Positions 38,606 to 52,156 are shown, numbered from the stretch's first letter. The stretch is DNA of 64,000 nt from Carcharhinus longimanus (GCA_030264375.1 JASCQW010000099.1:42132826-42196825), one strand, 5' to 3'. The notes: generated by a model from the letters alone, not told the origin. Program-made: numbers and translations.

Positions 38606-39339
38606 TTAAATATGCAGAATTGTAACCATCAATTGGTCTATTAAAAATCAAAAAAGGAAACTAAATTTAGTCACCTTCCATCAGCAACAGGAGTGTTAAT
38701 GCAAAATTGATAAAACAAAATTGCTAAGACACGACCAAAGCAAAACAAGCCTCTAAGAACAATTCACCACATGCTGGAGTAAGATGCCTTAGCTTTAGTG
38801 ATCCTTTTATGGACCTCCATGGTTGAGCATTGCATAATGTTAACAGTACTTTCATATCACATCCAGCTACGGTAATCAATACTCAGTCTTTAGAGTTCCC
38901 AATCTTTACTGGAATGGCTGGCTGATGGATTTCTCAAGTGTGCCAATGGCGACTCAGGCGTAACAGAGCCTATTCATACGGTTCACCCATGTGTACTATT
39001 TGGCTGCTGTGGCTTGCAACAAAACACACTGTTTGGGCCCTGCTGGTTTCCCCATCATTCAGAATTCAATGCTTCAAAGGTGGTGAGAATGACAGCATTA
39101 TGACAAATATCTGGAAATTCCTGAGTACTGAGAGAACAATTGGAGGAGTGAAAACAAAAGAGCAACATAAACTGGTGGCAAGGTGAAAGGAAGAAATGCA
39201 AAGTAGACAGGAACACACAAGAGAAAGTGAAATGAACTGGGAAGGAAATAAAGCAAAAGGAAAGAGAGACAAGTACAAACTGGGAGAAGGGGAGGGAAGA
39301 GAGAAACTCAAATTTGAAAGACAGCAAGAGATACGCAAA

Positions 39340-39400
39340 TCGCATGGTGGGAGAGAGAGAGAGAGAGACAGAGAGAGAGAGCAAAATAGGAAGAGAGAAA
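39340..39400. repeat. (GA)n microsatellite in a purine-rich tract
   Basis: GAGAGAGAGA...CAGAGAGAGAGA. Confidence 0.8.
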
Positions 39401-40451
39401 AATACTTGGAAGGAATGAGAAATACATACTGGGAATGGAGAAAGAGAAAAACACAAAATGGGGGAAGGGGAAAGAAACTCGAGCAAGGGAAAATTCAGGG
39501 CAGCATATGTCGTACTCTGTATATTATGTGCTTTTCCTGGTGCTTCTCTCAGAGTACTGAAGCTGGGCTCGAGTATGTGGTGTGGCAGTCAGTACACTGA
39601 ATTAATTTGGTCTGACAAACAGTCACTGAACTGAATTTTACCAAATCAGGCAGACAACCTGGCATTGGGTGAAATACAGGCATGGACAGGCAGTGGGATT
39701 TCCTGTGAGGTTTTACCAGCAAGAGTCAAATAAGAATCGACATGTAGGGGAGCCAGCCAATTAGTGGTGATAGGTGGGACCTGATACAGTTACAACAATG
39801 TGCTGGGCCTCGATATGGCTCAACATTCCAGCTATCTAATACGCTGGAGCAAGAAACAGCAGCAGCCTGTGCTCACCTCAACTCCAGGACCAGGAGGAGC
39901 ATCCCACAGAAGTAACCACAAGCATGCAGGCAAATGCATGGACTATCACTTGGGTATCAATGGGTGATACTAATTCGTGAACTGCAGAAGCATTTAATAT
40001 TTAATGAAAGTGAAGTCTTGATATTCTCGGCAGAATCTAATCCATGGTACTCCATTCATAACAACAGAACTAGAAATGGGCAGTGGTCCTTTCAGGTCAG
40101 GTCATATGAAAATTTAAAGGGCCAACAGTAGGCATGTGAAGCATGCAAGTACATGACAGCGCTGAGCTTCCATTGGATGAACCCACCATCAGATGACAAT
40201 TCAGCAGATCTAGATGAGTTATAAAAGAGCTGAGGATCTGCATAAAGGCCCTAACTTTCTTGTCCACTTTCTATTTGTCAGAAGTCTGAGCCATTTCTTC
40301 TGCACACCCCTTCAGCCCCTGAAGATTCCTCAAACTTATCTCCCATCACTCCTCCTCTTAATTTTTAATGTCTTGGGAATTCCTCCCCTCCCCCCAGTCA
40401 CATTCAAACCACTTCCACATCACTTTGGAGGCGTCAGAGCCATAACATAGA

Positions 40452-42850
40452 ATGGCCCCATGAATCAGTGATGCCTCTCTACAGATTCTCTTCCAGGCTA
40501 ATAGGGGACAGTGGGAGGTGCTCTTCCTGAGTACTGGCAACAGGAGACCCTCCCACCTGGATGGAGATCATAGGGAAGATTAGCAACCAAAGATTCAGGA
40601 TCCAGGGCAGGAAAAAGGTCGATGATTTCACTCGATCGTTGGCATAAACGTCACAACGCAATCAGATTTTCTCTCATGTGGGTATTTGGCTATATGTTGT
40701 ACTAGTGTGCAGCTAGGTTAGTTGGATGAGTGTGTGTTGAACCTCCGAAGCACAGAGCACCTGGTGCTAAATTTGAGAGACAATTTAGCTTGAGTGAGTA
40801 CTTGGATGCAATCTAAAATATTAACAGAGCAGAATGGGTGACAGAGATGCATGCACACAAGGGGGTCAAGTTGGCAGTTAAGTCACTAAATTTCCACTTT
40901 CTCCTGCAGGACAAACAGACCCACAACCTGAAGGAAAGAACGAAAACAAGGGGTGCGATTTGACCACCTTGACTCATCAGTCGATCAGCATGGCAAGCTG
41001 GGAGTTCTGCAAGGAGGTGTGGTCATGCGGGGGGAATGGGGAAACATGCAGTAACGAGATGCAGTGGGGGGGGGGGGGGGGGAGGGGAAATGGCAATGNN
41101 NNNNNNNNNNNNNNNNNNNNNNNNNNNNNNNNNNNNNNNNNNNNNNNNNNNNNNNNNNNNNNNNNNNNNNNNNNNNNNNNNNNNNNNNNNNNNNNNNNCC
41201 CCGGGAAATGGCACTGATGGGATGTGGATTGTGTCGAGATGGGGTAACATTTTGGGAGCTCTGCCAGGGGAATCATAGGGAAGGTCCTGGTGCCCTGATG
41301 CCAGTGGTCCATATTAGTATAGAATAGCAATGCCACCAATGATTGTGTTGTGGCATGGGGGGGGCGGTCTGGGTCAATGATGCGGATGGGAGGAAGTCTC
41401 CTGGTTCACTATCAGATTGGGGCACCATGCGCAATGCCACCGAAGCACTCTGAAGCCAACTTCACTGACGCAAAGCTGCCAGCTGTCAGAAAAACTGACA
41501 GAATGTCAGAAGATTGTAGTGTCGAGCTCACCTAAAAAAGACCGGCATGGAGGACTCCCATTTTCACGCTGTTATGACACTTCGAACCTTTTTTGGGAAA
41601 ATTCCACTGAAGCAGAGGGCTTGATCTCAAAGTCAATTTGTGGGATAACAAGGTGGTCAAGTATGAACTGACAGCAATGCTGATTGACAAGGCATCAGAG
41701 TAACTATGCACCAAATCTGGGATGCTGCCATGAGCACAGACTACACAAGGAATTGTGCTGTGCTCATACATAAGCAAACAAGGGTCCACAGACCTCTTTC
41801 TCCATTGTAGATAGATTGTAGACCCAATTAAATGGCCTAGTAAATCATTCAGTTCAAGGGAATTAAGGATTGCCAGTGATGCCCACATCCTATGAGAAAA
41901 AAGACAATTGTGAAACATTAATGTGTTTCTTTCTGTTCTTTTTCACAGTTCCACTGAATATGCATCTATCCTCAGGCATTCCAGGAGACCAAAACTCCCA
42001 CCTTTGGGAATGATGATACCAGTCACCCAGAGGATATACCGTTACCTGCTCCTCCCACAATTGCCATCAGCAATTGATTCGCAGAGGGGTTGGGATTAGA
42101 ATCAGGTTCATATGCTTGTGAACGTCACACAGGCATGTCTCAGCAGCCAAGGGAAGCCATAACAGATAAGGTATCAGGCTGTTGGAGAATAGGTCCCAGC
42201 TAATGCCAATGATGGGCCACTGGTCATGAATGCAAGAAGCTTGCTGAAATTGCAGCAGAGATTAGGAGAAAATATGGCAGAAGTGCCAGGATTATGCATA
42301 GCATTTTGCAGAATATGCAGGAGTCCTTGCATAACGAAGTTATTCCAAGTCAAAGGCATATGAGCACCTGGCTTCCTCCGTGGAGGTGTTGGCAACCAGA
42401 TAGAGAATCATGTTGAGCAATTGACCCATAAGCCCTTTGACTTGCATTCCATCTAGTCATGTGACCTATATAGCAGTGGCTAGCTGAGTGGTCGACAAGG
42501 AAGCTGGACCTTCTCATGGAGACAGAGATGCTACTGTGCACCAAGGTGGAGGAGTGCATGCTGTAACAGCTTCATGTCAGGACATTTCAGAATGAGAGGC
42601 CTCTCCATATCCTCTCATTGGTTCTATAGCCTACAGTAGGCATGGCTGAGAAGTTTGTCCCTGCACCCAAGAAGGATACTTCCAGGAAACGTTTAAGGTC
42701 CCACATCTCCTGAGGATGCCCACAAGAGCAAACATAAACAATGAAGCATCGCACCCAGCAGCCTGACTCCACCTTGGCAGCTGATCCTAGAGGATATTCA
42801 TTAAGTGGAGTCAATAACGTCACAGATTGTTCAATTCTGTGCAAGGAGTG
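40452..42850 (+). pseudogene. Second Harbinger Myb/SANT-like gene remnant (interrupted by a MITE and a gap)
   Basis: SDASLQILFQANRGQWEVLFLSTGNRRPSHL..WMEI..GRKKVDDFTRS; CTGCAG|GAC AAA CAG ACC CAC AAC (DKQTHNLKERTKT) at 40910. Confidence 0.65.
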
Positions 42851-43639
42851 GGCTTAATAAGCAAATCATCATTTCTGGCGCCACGCTTTCTTGTGTTATA
42901 TGCAAACACGTAGCTATAATTCAAGGACAGGATTAAGCTTGATTGTGATGCCCCTCAAGATCAAGCAGTCTTTAAACTAGTGCTTGGGCTCACTCATGTA
43001 AATTGATAGTTCATACAAGGTTCCTGTGAATCACATACCGACATGACTTAGCATCTTTGATGGAGGACCAGAAAAATTCTGGGGAAGAGGAGGAAAATAT
43101 CAAAAAAAATGCATTTATGGAAGGAAAAAATACTAACAGACTACAAGATACTACTGATGTATCAAGTACCAAGAAATATGCAGAGAGATTATAATAAATG
43201 GAAAACAATAAACTGATTGTTATGAGGATACCACCTACTGCAATTTTCATTCTGCAAATATTTTAAATTGTCCATGTATATGTCAGGACTTGGATGATCA
43301 ATCAGAAAATAGCAATCAAGTTTGTATTATTTAATTAATAACATTACAAAATAGGGATTCAATATCACAATTCTTGAGTACAGCCCAAAATATTCTTAAC
43401 TTTTCAGATAGCTTGGTCCCATTGGCTATAACTAATATGCTGGATTTACTGCATCCCAGCTTAACGGGAGTGATTCTTTGGAGTATGCAACTTTGATCCT
43501 GACAGATAACTTCATTTTGGTTCATATTACTTCAAATTAAAGATTCAAGGTAAATTCGTTTGCTGAGAAAACAGCTACTCTCGAAAGCACCTTGTGCAAC
43601 TTCAAGTCATTAAATACTGACATTTAGCCTCTTTGTGAC

Positions 43640-43839
43640 ATATGGGAGTCTTTTAAGGAGCAGTTGATGAGAGTGCAGGACTGATCGAAAAAGGAAGGAC
43701 AGGAAAGGGAGGATTCAGGAACCGAGGATGACCAGGGAAATTGTGAGTCTAGTCAAAAAGAAAAAGGATGCATACATGAGGTCTAGGCAACTAAAAACGT
43801 ATGAAGCATTTGAAAAATATGGGGAAAGTAGAAAAGACT
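43640..43839 (+). mobile_element. CR1 LINE 5' piece (continues at 47152)
   Basis: EPRMTREIVSLVKKKKDAYMRSRQLK; ends AGAAAAGACT. Confidence 0.85.
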
Positions 43840-44037
43840 GGGCGGCACGGTAGCACAGTGGTTAGCACTGCTGCTTCACAACTCCAGGGACCTGGGTTCG
43901 AATCCTGGCTCGGGTCACTATCTGTGTGGAATTTGCACATTCTCCTCGTGTCTGCATGAGTTTCCTCCAAGTGCTCCAATTTCCTCCCACAGTCCAAAAA
44001 TGTGCGGGTTAGGTTGATTGGCCATGCTAAAATTGCC
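43840..44037 (+). mobile_element. HE1-type SINE, truncated by an assembly gap
   Basis: GGGCGGCACGGTAGCACAGTGGTTAGCACTGCTGC...GGGTTCGAATCC. Confidence 0.92.
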
Positions 44038-44137
44038 NNNNNNNNNNNNNNNNNNNNNNNNNNNNNNNNNNNNNNNNNNNNNNNNNNNNNNNNNNNNNNN
44101 NNNNNNNNNNNNNNNNNNNNNNNNNNNNNNNNNNNNN

Positions 44138-44520
44138 CACTGATCTCAGGCGAAGTGGAAGTGTACCGTCCCCACCCACTTTCCTCCTCACTGATCTCAG
44201 GCAGAGTGGAAGTGTACCGTCCCCACCCACTTTCCTCCTCACTGATCTCAGGCAGAGTGGCAGCGGACCCCACATCCCCCTCACTGATCAGAGTGGCAGC
44301 AGACCCTACATTCCCCCTCACTGATCAGAGTGGCAATGAACGCTCCTTCCCCCTCACTGATCTCAGACAGATTGGCAGCAGACCCCCCCTTCCCCCTCAC
44401 TGATCTCAGGCAGAGTGGCAATGGACCCTGGTCTCCCCCAACCAATCTCAAGCAGAGATTGGACCCACCTTTCTCTGCCCCACCCCCCCACCCCAACCGA
44501 TCTCAAGCAGAGAGGCATCA
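44138..44520 (+). repeat. Degenerate minisatellite (units of about 37-51 bp) inside a non-autonomous DNA element ending at about 44857
   Basis: Repeated CACTGATC(TCAGGC)AGAGTGGCAGC...CCCCT units. Confidence 0.85.
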
Positions 44521-44944
44521 GAGGCTCGGCACTTACTTCCTCACTAACTGGTGCGCCCAAATCAGACTTTTGTGGAGCATATCTGTTTCGCGCCAATTCT
44601 GGATGGGCGAATGCGGTGGTAAAGGGGGAAGTGCCAGTAAGGTTGCAGCCCATTAAGTCAACTTAAATGCATGCAAATGCATTTAAATGGCCATTGTGCC
44701 TGTTTCAGGCATGGTCCAGATCGTGGCCATTTTTGGGCCTTGGTAAAGGGGGAACCGACACGGAGGCGAACGCGGATCATGCTCCTTGCCTCACACCTGA
44801 CTTTACCAGGTTTTTGTGCCTGAAAACGGGCACAACTTGGTGATAAAATCGGGGCCTGAGTCTTCAAAAAATCATCTTACCCAGGCATACCCTCTGCACT
44901 TTCCCTATAACCCCGTGCATTTACCATGGCCAGTTTTTCTTTAT

Positions 44945-45775
44945 TCAGTCATAAGACATGGGCATCACTGGCCAACCAGCATTTGTTGCCCATCCCTAAT
45001 TGCCTTTGAGAAGGTGATGATGAGTTGCCTTCTTGAATCACTGCTGTCCATGTGCTGTAGGTTGACCCATCCACAGTGTTGTTAGGAAGGGAAGTCCAGG
45101 ATTTTGACCCAGTGATTGTGAAGGAATGGCAATGTATTTCCAAGTCAGGACAGTGAGTGGCTTGGAGAGGAACTTTCAGGTGGTGATATTCCCATATATC
45201 TGTTGCCTTGTCCTTCTAGATGGTAGTGGTCATAGGTTTGGAAGGTGCTGTCTAAGGAAACTTGGAGAGTTCCTGCAGTGCATCTTGTATATGGTACACA
45301 CTGCTGCTACTGTACTTTGGTGCTGGAAAGAGTGGATATTTGTAAGTGTGTTGCCAAACAAGTGGGCTGTTTTGTCTTGAATGGTGTCAAGCTTCTTGAG
45401 TGTTGTTGGGGTTGCACCCGTCCAGGCAAGTGGACAGTATTCCATCACACTCCTGACTTGTGCCTTGTAGACGGTGGACAAGCTTTAGGGAGTCAGGAGG
45501 TGAGTTACTCGCCACAGTATTCCTGGCCTCTGATCTGCTCATATAGCCAGTGTGTTTATGTGGCAAGTCCCTTTGAGTTTCTGGTCAATTGTAATCCCAA
45601 GGATGTTGACAGTGACACTAACACAAAAGTACATCAAGAGGCAGTGGTTAGGTTATTTCTTATTGGTGAAGGTCATTGCCTAGTATTTGTGTGGCACAAA
45701 TGTTACTTGCCACTTCGCAGTCCAAGCTTGGATATTGTCTGGATCTTGTTGCATTTGAATATGGACTTCCATGCC
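44945..45775 (-). mobile_element. CR1/L2-group LINE 3' portion
   Basis: STVYKAQVRSVMEYCPLAWTGATPTTLKKLDTIQDK...AAVCTIYKMHC. Confidence 0.88.
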
Positions 45776-45789
45776 CTTTCATCCATGAC

Positions 45790-46210
45790 AAAGCAGCCGC
45801 TTAATTGATAGCTCATCCACAAACATTTACACCCTCCGCCATCAAAGTGCAGTGGCAGCAGTGTGCACCATCTACAAGATGCACTGCAGAAATTCACTGA
45901 GGCTCCTTAGACAGCACCTTCCAAAAATCACAACCACTACCTTCTAGACGGACCGGAGCAGCAGATACATGGGAACACTGCCACTTGGAAGTCCCCCTCC
46001 AAGCCACTCACCATCCTGACTTGGAAATATATTACCGTTCCTTCACTGTCACTGGGTCAAAATCCTGGAACTCCCTCCCTAAAAGCACAATGGCTGCAGC
46101 GGTTCAAGAAAACAGTTCACCACCATCTCCTCAAGGGCAACTAGGGATCGGGATGGGCAATAAATGTTTGCCAAGTAAGCAACACCCACATCCCATGAAT
46201 AAATTTTAAA
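45790..46210 (+). mobile_element. Same LINE family, 3' portion in the opposite orientation
   Basis: GCAGCAGTGTGCACCATCTACAAGATGCACTGC...GATGGGCAATAAATG...CATGAATAAATTTTAAAAAAA. Confidence 0.88.
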
Positions 46211-46818
46211 AAAACACTCTCAATATGTTCTGCTAGCTACAGGAATCTATATTCATGAACCCAAGAGTCACTCTTGCAAACTATGCAATTAAATCAATAA
46301 TAAAAGCGGAGAATGCCATAAATACTCAGCAAGTCTGGCAGCATCTGTGGGAGAAAAGCGGAGTTAACATTTCGATTTAATTATTGTTCTTCTTTAGAAA
46401 ATTAATTCTGTTTTGTCTCCTTTATTCCTTTCTGCCAAATGAATGGCCTCACACATCTCTGTACATAATAAACAATATATTTTACAATAATATACCCAGA
46501 AACGTGCTTTAGAATGAGTGAAAAACACTTATTAGAAATAACCATATAAAATACATCTTTTTATTTTTGCAACTTCAATTCGCGTTATGCTGTAATATTA
46601 GTCATATAACAAGCGAGTACAAAAGTAAAATTAGTATAACTAGAATTAGTATTCTGTACAAGAAAAATGAGTCAGCATCAAGACACTTCTGCAGAATCTC
46701 CAAGCAAATGGGATTAAACAAGGCTGGGAAATCCCACCTTACTTTACAGGCATAAACTTACTTTAGTAAACTTACTTTACTTTAAAGTAAACTTACTTTA
46801 CTTGCTTTACACCTTACG

Positions 46819-47151
46819 TGTGGCACAGTAGCACAGCGGTTAGCACTGCTGCTTCACACTCCAGGGACCTGGGTTCGATTCCCGGCTCGGGTGACTGTCT
46901 GTGTGGAGTTTGCATGTTCTCCTCGTGTCTGTGTGGTTTCAGCCAGGTGCTCCGGTTTTCTCCCACAGTCCAAAGATGTGCGGGTTAGGTTGATTGGCCA
47001 TACTAAAATTGCCCCTTAGTGTCCTGGGATGTGTAGGTTAGAGGGATTAGCGGGTAAATGTGTAGGGATATGGGAATAGGGCCTGGGTGGGATTGTGATC
47101 AGTGCAGAATCGATGGGCCGAAGGGCCTGTAGGGTTCTATGATTCTATGAT
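46819..47151 (+). mobile_element. Full-length HE1-type SINE
   Basis: A/B boxes, V-domain, TTCTATGATTCTATGA tail. Confidence 0.93.
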
Positions 47152-49172
47152 GACTCAAACAGGGAGTTAAAGGAGTCACGAATTATCCTTGGCAGACAGG
47201 ATTAAGGTGAATCCCAAGGCATTTTACACGTATATTAGAAACAAGACGGTAGCTAGAGAAAGAGTTGGTCCACTTAGGGACAAAGAAGGGAAATTATGTG
47301 TAGAACCAAAGGAAGTAGGTGAGATCCTTAATGATTAATTTGCATTGGTATTCACAAAGGAGAGGAACACATCGATTGATGATGTCTTGGAGGGGTGTGA
47401 AAACCCTTTAAGATAAGTCATCATTACGAGGGAGGAAATGTTAGGCGAATTAAAAAGTATTGATAGACAAATCCCCAGGGCCAGATGGCATCTAACCCAT
47501 AATACCGAGGGAATCAAGAGATGAAATTGCTGGGCCTCTAACAGAAATCTTTGTTTCCTCATTGGCCACTGGTGAGGTCCTGGAGGATTGGAGGATAGCC
47601 AATCTTGTCCTGTTATTTAAGAAGGATAGCAAATATAATAATATCCCTCATAATAACCCCTCATAATTTTATAAACTTCTATCAGGTCGCCCCTCAGCCT
47701 GTCTTTCCAGGGAAAACAATCCCAGTTTTTTCAATCTCTCTGCATTATTCAATCTCCCTTCCATACCAGGCAACACCCTGGTAAACTTTTTCTGTACTCT
47801 CTCCAAAGTTTCCATGTCCTTCTAGTAGCGTGGTAATAGTACACCAGTGAGTTTCATATCACTAATAGTGAAATTGTTGGAGAAGATTCTTAGAGATAGG
47901 ATCTATATACATTCAGAACTGAATGGTCTTGTTAGTGACATGGTTTTGTATGAGGGAGGTCATGTCTCACTAATTTAACTGAGTTTTTTGAAGAGGAGAT
48001 AACAAAAATGATTGACAAAGGAAGGGCTGTGGATGTTGTCTACATGGACTTTAGTTAAGGCATTTGACAAGGTCCCTCATGGCAGGCTGGTGCAAAAGAT
48101 TAAATCTTATGGGATTAGAGTACATTACATGGATTCAGAACTGGCTTGGCCATAGAAGACAGAGGGTAGTAGTGGAAAGGTGTTTTTCTGAATAGAGGTT
48201 TGTAACTAGTGGTGTTCTGCGAGGATCAGTGCTGGGATCTCTGCAGTTTGTAATATATGACTTGGAAGAAAACGTAGTTGGTATGATTAGCAAGTTTGTG
48301 AATGATACTAAGATTGGCAGAGTTGTGGATAGTGATGAAGATTGTCAGAGAACATAGCAGGATATAGATGGGCTGGAAAATTGGGCCGAGAAATGGCAAA
48401 CGGAATTTAATCTGGACAAATGCAAGGTGCTGTATTTTGGTAGATCCAATTCACGTGGGAACTATAAAGTAAATGGCAGAACCATCAGGACCATAGACAC
48501 AGAGATCTGGGAGTACAGGTCCACAAATCCTTAAAAGTGACAGCAAAGGTCAAAAAGGTGGTGAAGAAAGCATATGGCATGCCTGCCTTCATCAGCCAGG
48601 CATCGAGTACAAAAGTTATGTTACAGTTATATAAAATGCTGATTAGGCCACATTTGGAATACTGTGTCCAGTTCCGGTCACCTCACTACCAGAAGGACGT
48701 GGAAGCTTTGGAGAGAATACAGAAAAGGTCTACCAGGATGTTGCCTGGTAAGGAGGGTATTAGCCATGATGAGAGATTGAATAAACTGGGATTGTTTTCC
48801 CTGGAAAGGAGGAGGCTAACGTTTATAAAATTATGAGGGGTATGGATACGGTGAACAGTTGGAAGCTTTTACCCCAGGGCAAAATGACAATTCAAGAGGG
48901 CACAAGTTCAAGATAAAGGGGAAAAAGGTTCAGTGAAGATGTGTGGGGGAAAATATTTTTTTGTTTTTACACAGAAGGTGGTGAGGGCCTGAAATGCACT
49001 GCCAAGTGAGGTGGTTGAGGTAAGTAAGTTAGCGACATTTAAGATTATCTGGATAGACACATGAACAGACAGGGAATAGAGGGATATAAGCGGTTGGTCC
49101 AGATAGGACAATGTGATCATCTCAGGCTCGGAGGGCCGAAGGGCCTGTTCCTGTGCTAGACTGTTCTTTGTT
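47152..49172 (+). mobile_element. CR1 LINE ORF2 remnant to the 3' end, with an inverted CR1 fragment at about 47643-47835
   Basis: GRAVDVVYMDF, SKFVNDTKIG, LYKMLIRPHLEYCVQF; tail GGCCGAAGGGCCTGTTCCTGTGCT. Confidence 0.92.
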
Positions 49173-49334
49173 AACAGGATAATCAGCAATATTTTGCACT
49201 TGCATTTTCAAATCTATGAATGTAATTTCAAACCGTTTCCCATTTCACAGTATTGTTCAATATTAATATATAAAAGAAAATGACATATGCAGGAGTGTAT
49301 GCACTCCCATTGACTTGTGGCATTTTACATGCTA

Positions 49335-49556
<222 letters not shown>

Positions 49557-49829
49557 TTATACTTCAATTATTCTATACATCCAGAATGTTGCAGCCTCTA
49601 GAACCTTACAAAATCATATTCAAGGGTTTACTCTGCATTTCAGATACATTTACAGAATGACATTTTTTCATTCATTCATGGGATATGGGTGTCACTGGCA
49701 AGGTCAGCATTCACTGTCCATCTATAACTGTCTTCAAGAAGGTGCCAGTGACCTATCTTCTTCCATGTGGTGTAGGTACACCCATAAGTATTGTTAGGGA
49801 AGGAGTTCTAATCTTAAACAAAAAGTTTC

Positions 49830-50095
49830 TATTGTGCAAAGATGATTGACTAGGCTAGGGCTTTATTCCTTGGAACATAGGAAAATATGGGGTGACCTTA
49901 TTGAGGTGTATAAAATCATGAAAAACACAGATAGGATGGGCACATAGTTTTGTCCCTCAGGGAGCAGGGATTGAAAACCAGAGAGTTTAAGGTGAGAGGG
50001 GAAAGATTTAAAAGGGACCTGAGGGGCAACTTCCTCACGCAGAGGGTGGTGATCGCCACAGGCTTGGACGGCCGAAGGGCCTGTTCCTGTGCTAG
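49830..50095 (+). mobile_element. CR1 3' fragment
   Basis: GDLIEVYKIM; GGCCGAAGGGCCTGTTCCTGTGCT tail. Confidence 0.85.
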
Positions 50096-50149
50096 AGTTA
50101 ACAAAACGAGCATTGGAGAATAGAAAGTGGAGAATTGATAATGGAAAGT

Positions 50150-51775
50150 AGGGCTTGTGTCTTCACTATAGAGGACACAAGTAATGTAAGGGAGGGAGAA
50201 ACTAAAGAAAATTACAATCAGCAGGGAAGTGCCATTGAGCAAATTGTTGGGGCTGCACTGTGGACTGACAAATCCCATGTCCGAATGGACTTCACCCTGT
50301 TGTGTTGAAAGTGGTGGCTAATGAGATGGTTGCTGTATTGGTTTTAATTTTCCAAAATTCCCTTAATTTGAGGAAGGTTTCATTAGATTGGAAGATAACA
50401 AATGTAATTGTTTTATTCAAAAAGAGGAGACAGAAAACAGGGAGCAACATGCCAGTTAGCCTAACATCTGTCATTGGGAAAATGGTAGAAGCCATTATTA
50501 AATATATTATAGCAGGCACTTGGAAAAAATCAAGGCAATCAAGTAGTCAACATGGTTTTGTAAAAGGGAAATCACGTTTAACAATTTATTGGAATTCTTT
50601 GAGGGTCACTAGTGCAATGGATAAAAGGAAACCAGTGGATATGTTTTACTGACATTTCCAGAAGGCATTTGATAAGGTGCCACAGCAGAAGTTATCGTGG
50701 AAAATAAAAACTCATGGTGTAGAGGGTAACATATTGGCATGGACTGAAGATTGGCTAGCTAACAGAAAACAGAGTTTGCATAAATGGGTCTTTTTCCATT
50801 TGGCAAGATGTGACGATGGTGTGCCACAGGGATCAGGACTGGGCCACCAACTTTTACAATTTAAATGAATGATCTGAATTCAGGACCTGAAGGTATGGTT
50901 GCCACATCTGCTGACAACATAAATACGTAGGAAGGTGAATTGTGAAGAAGATGCAATAAGAGTACAAAGGGACACAGATGGGTTAAGTGAATGGGGTGAA
51001 ATTTGACAACTGGAGTATAATGTGGGTATATATGAAATTGTCCATTTTGGCAGGAAGAATAAAAAAATCTAAAAGATGAGTGATTACAGAGCTCCCAGTG
51101 CAACAGGGATCTGGGTATTCTCGTGTATGACTCACAAAAACTAATAGAACCTAATTTTTTATTGCAATGGGAATTGATTATGCTTCAGTTGTGCAGGACA
51201 TTGGTGAGACCAAATCTGAAGTATTGTTTACACTATTTGGTCTTTTTGTTTAAAGAAAAGATGTAAATGTGTCAGATGCTGTTCAGAGGAAGTTTACTAG
51301 ACTAATAGCAAATTATCAAGAATGGACAGCTTGCCTTAGAGGAAAGGTTGAAGAGGTCAGATTTGTATCCACCAGACTTTGGAAGAATAAGAGGCGACTG
51401 AATCAAAACCTTCAAGATCCTGAGGGATATTGACAGGGTAGATGGCAAGAGAAGTTTCCTCTTGTCGGAGAATCTAGAACTAAGGCTTACCATTTAAAAA
51501 TAAGGGGTAACTCATTTAAGGTTGAGATGAGGAGAAATATTTTCTTCCAAAGGATCTGCATCTCTAGAACTTACTTTTTCAAAAGGCTGTGGAAGCAGAA
51601 TCTTTGAATGTTTTAAAGGCAGAGGTAGATAGATTCTTGATTAACCTTTCACCCCCTTGTTTTTGGGGATAGACAGAAATGTAGGGTTACAATCAGAGCA
51701 GCCATTATCTTATTGAATGGATGAGCAGATTTGAGGGGTTGAGGGCCTACCCCTGTTCCTAATTTATTTGTATAT
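50150..51775 (+). mobile_element. CR1 LINE ORF2 remnant
   Basis: LIFQNSL..DWKITNVIVLFKK..PVSLTSVIGKMVEAII; HGFVKGKS; GVPQGSGLG. Confidence 0.92.
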
Positions 51776-51815
51776 ACGCATGTTCCAAGTTTAGACCCAA
51801 CAACAGCAAAGGAAT

Positions 51816-52156
51816 TCATAGAATCATAGAAACTCTATACTGCATAAAGAGGCCATCTGGCCCATCGAGTCTGCACCGATCACAATCCCACTTAGGCCCT
51901 ACCCGCATATCCCTACACATTTACCCACTAATCCCTCTGACCTACACATCTTGGAACACTAAGGGGCAATTTTAGCATGGCTAATCAACCTAACCTGCAA
52001 ATCTTTGGTCTGAGGAAAGAAACCCAAGCACCCGGAGGAAACCCACGCAGACACGACAATAACGTGCAAACTCCACACAGACAGTGACTCAAGCCGGGAA
52101 TCGAACCCAGGTCGCTGGACTGTGAAGCAACAGTGCTGACCACTGTGCTACCATGC
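51816..52156 (-). mobile_element. Full-length HE1-type SINE (minus)
   Basis: Reverse complement of the 46819 copy; TCATAGAATCATAGAA tail. Confidence 0.93.

Noticed and set aside
39196-39600. 134-aa R/E/K-rich ORF
   Set aside because: Translation of a GA-rich low-complexity tract.
43840-43915. tRNA genes at SINE heads (also 46819, 52156, 58441)
   Set aside because: The A/B boxes continue into the V-domain and CR1-like tails, so they are SINEs.
44138-44520. CRISPR-like repeat-spacer array
   Set aside because: Eukaryotic context, units similar along their whole length, no unique spacers and no cas genes; it is a minisatellite.
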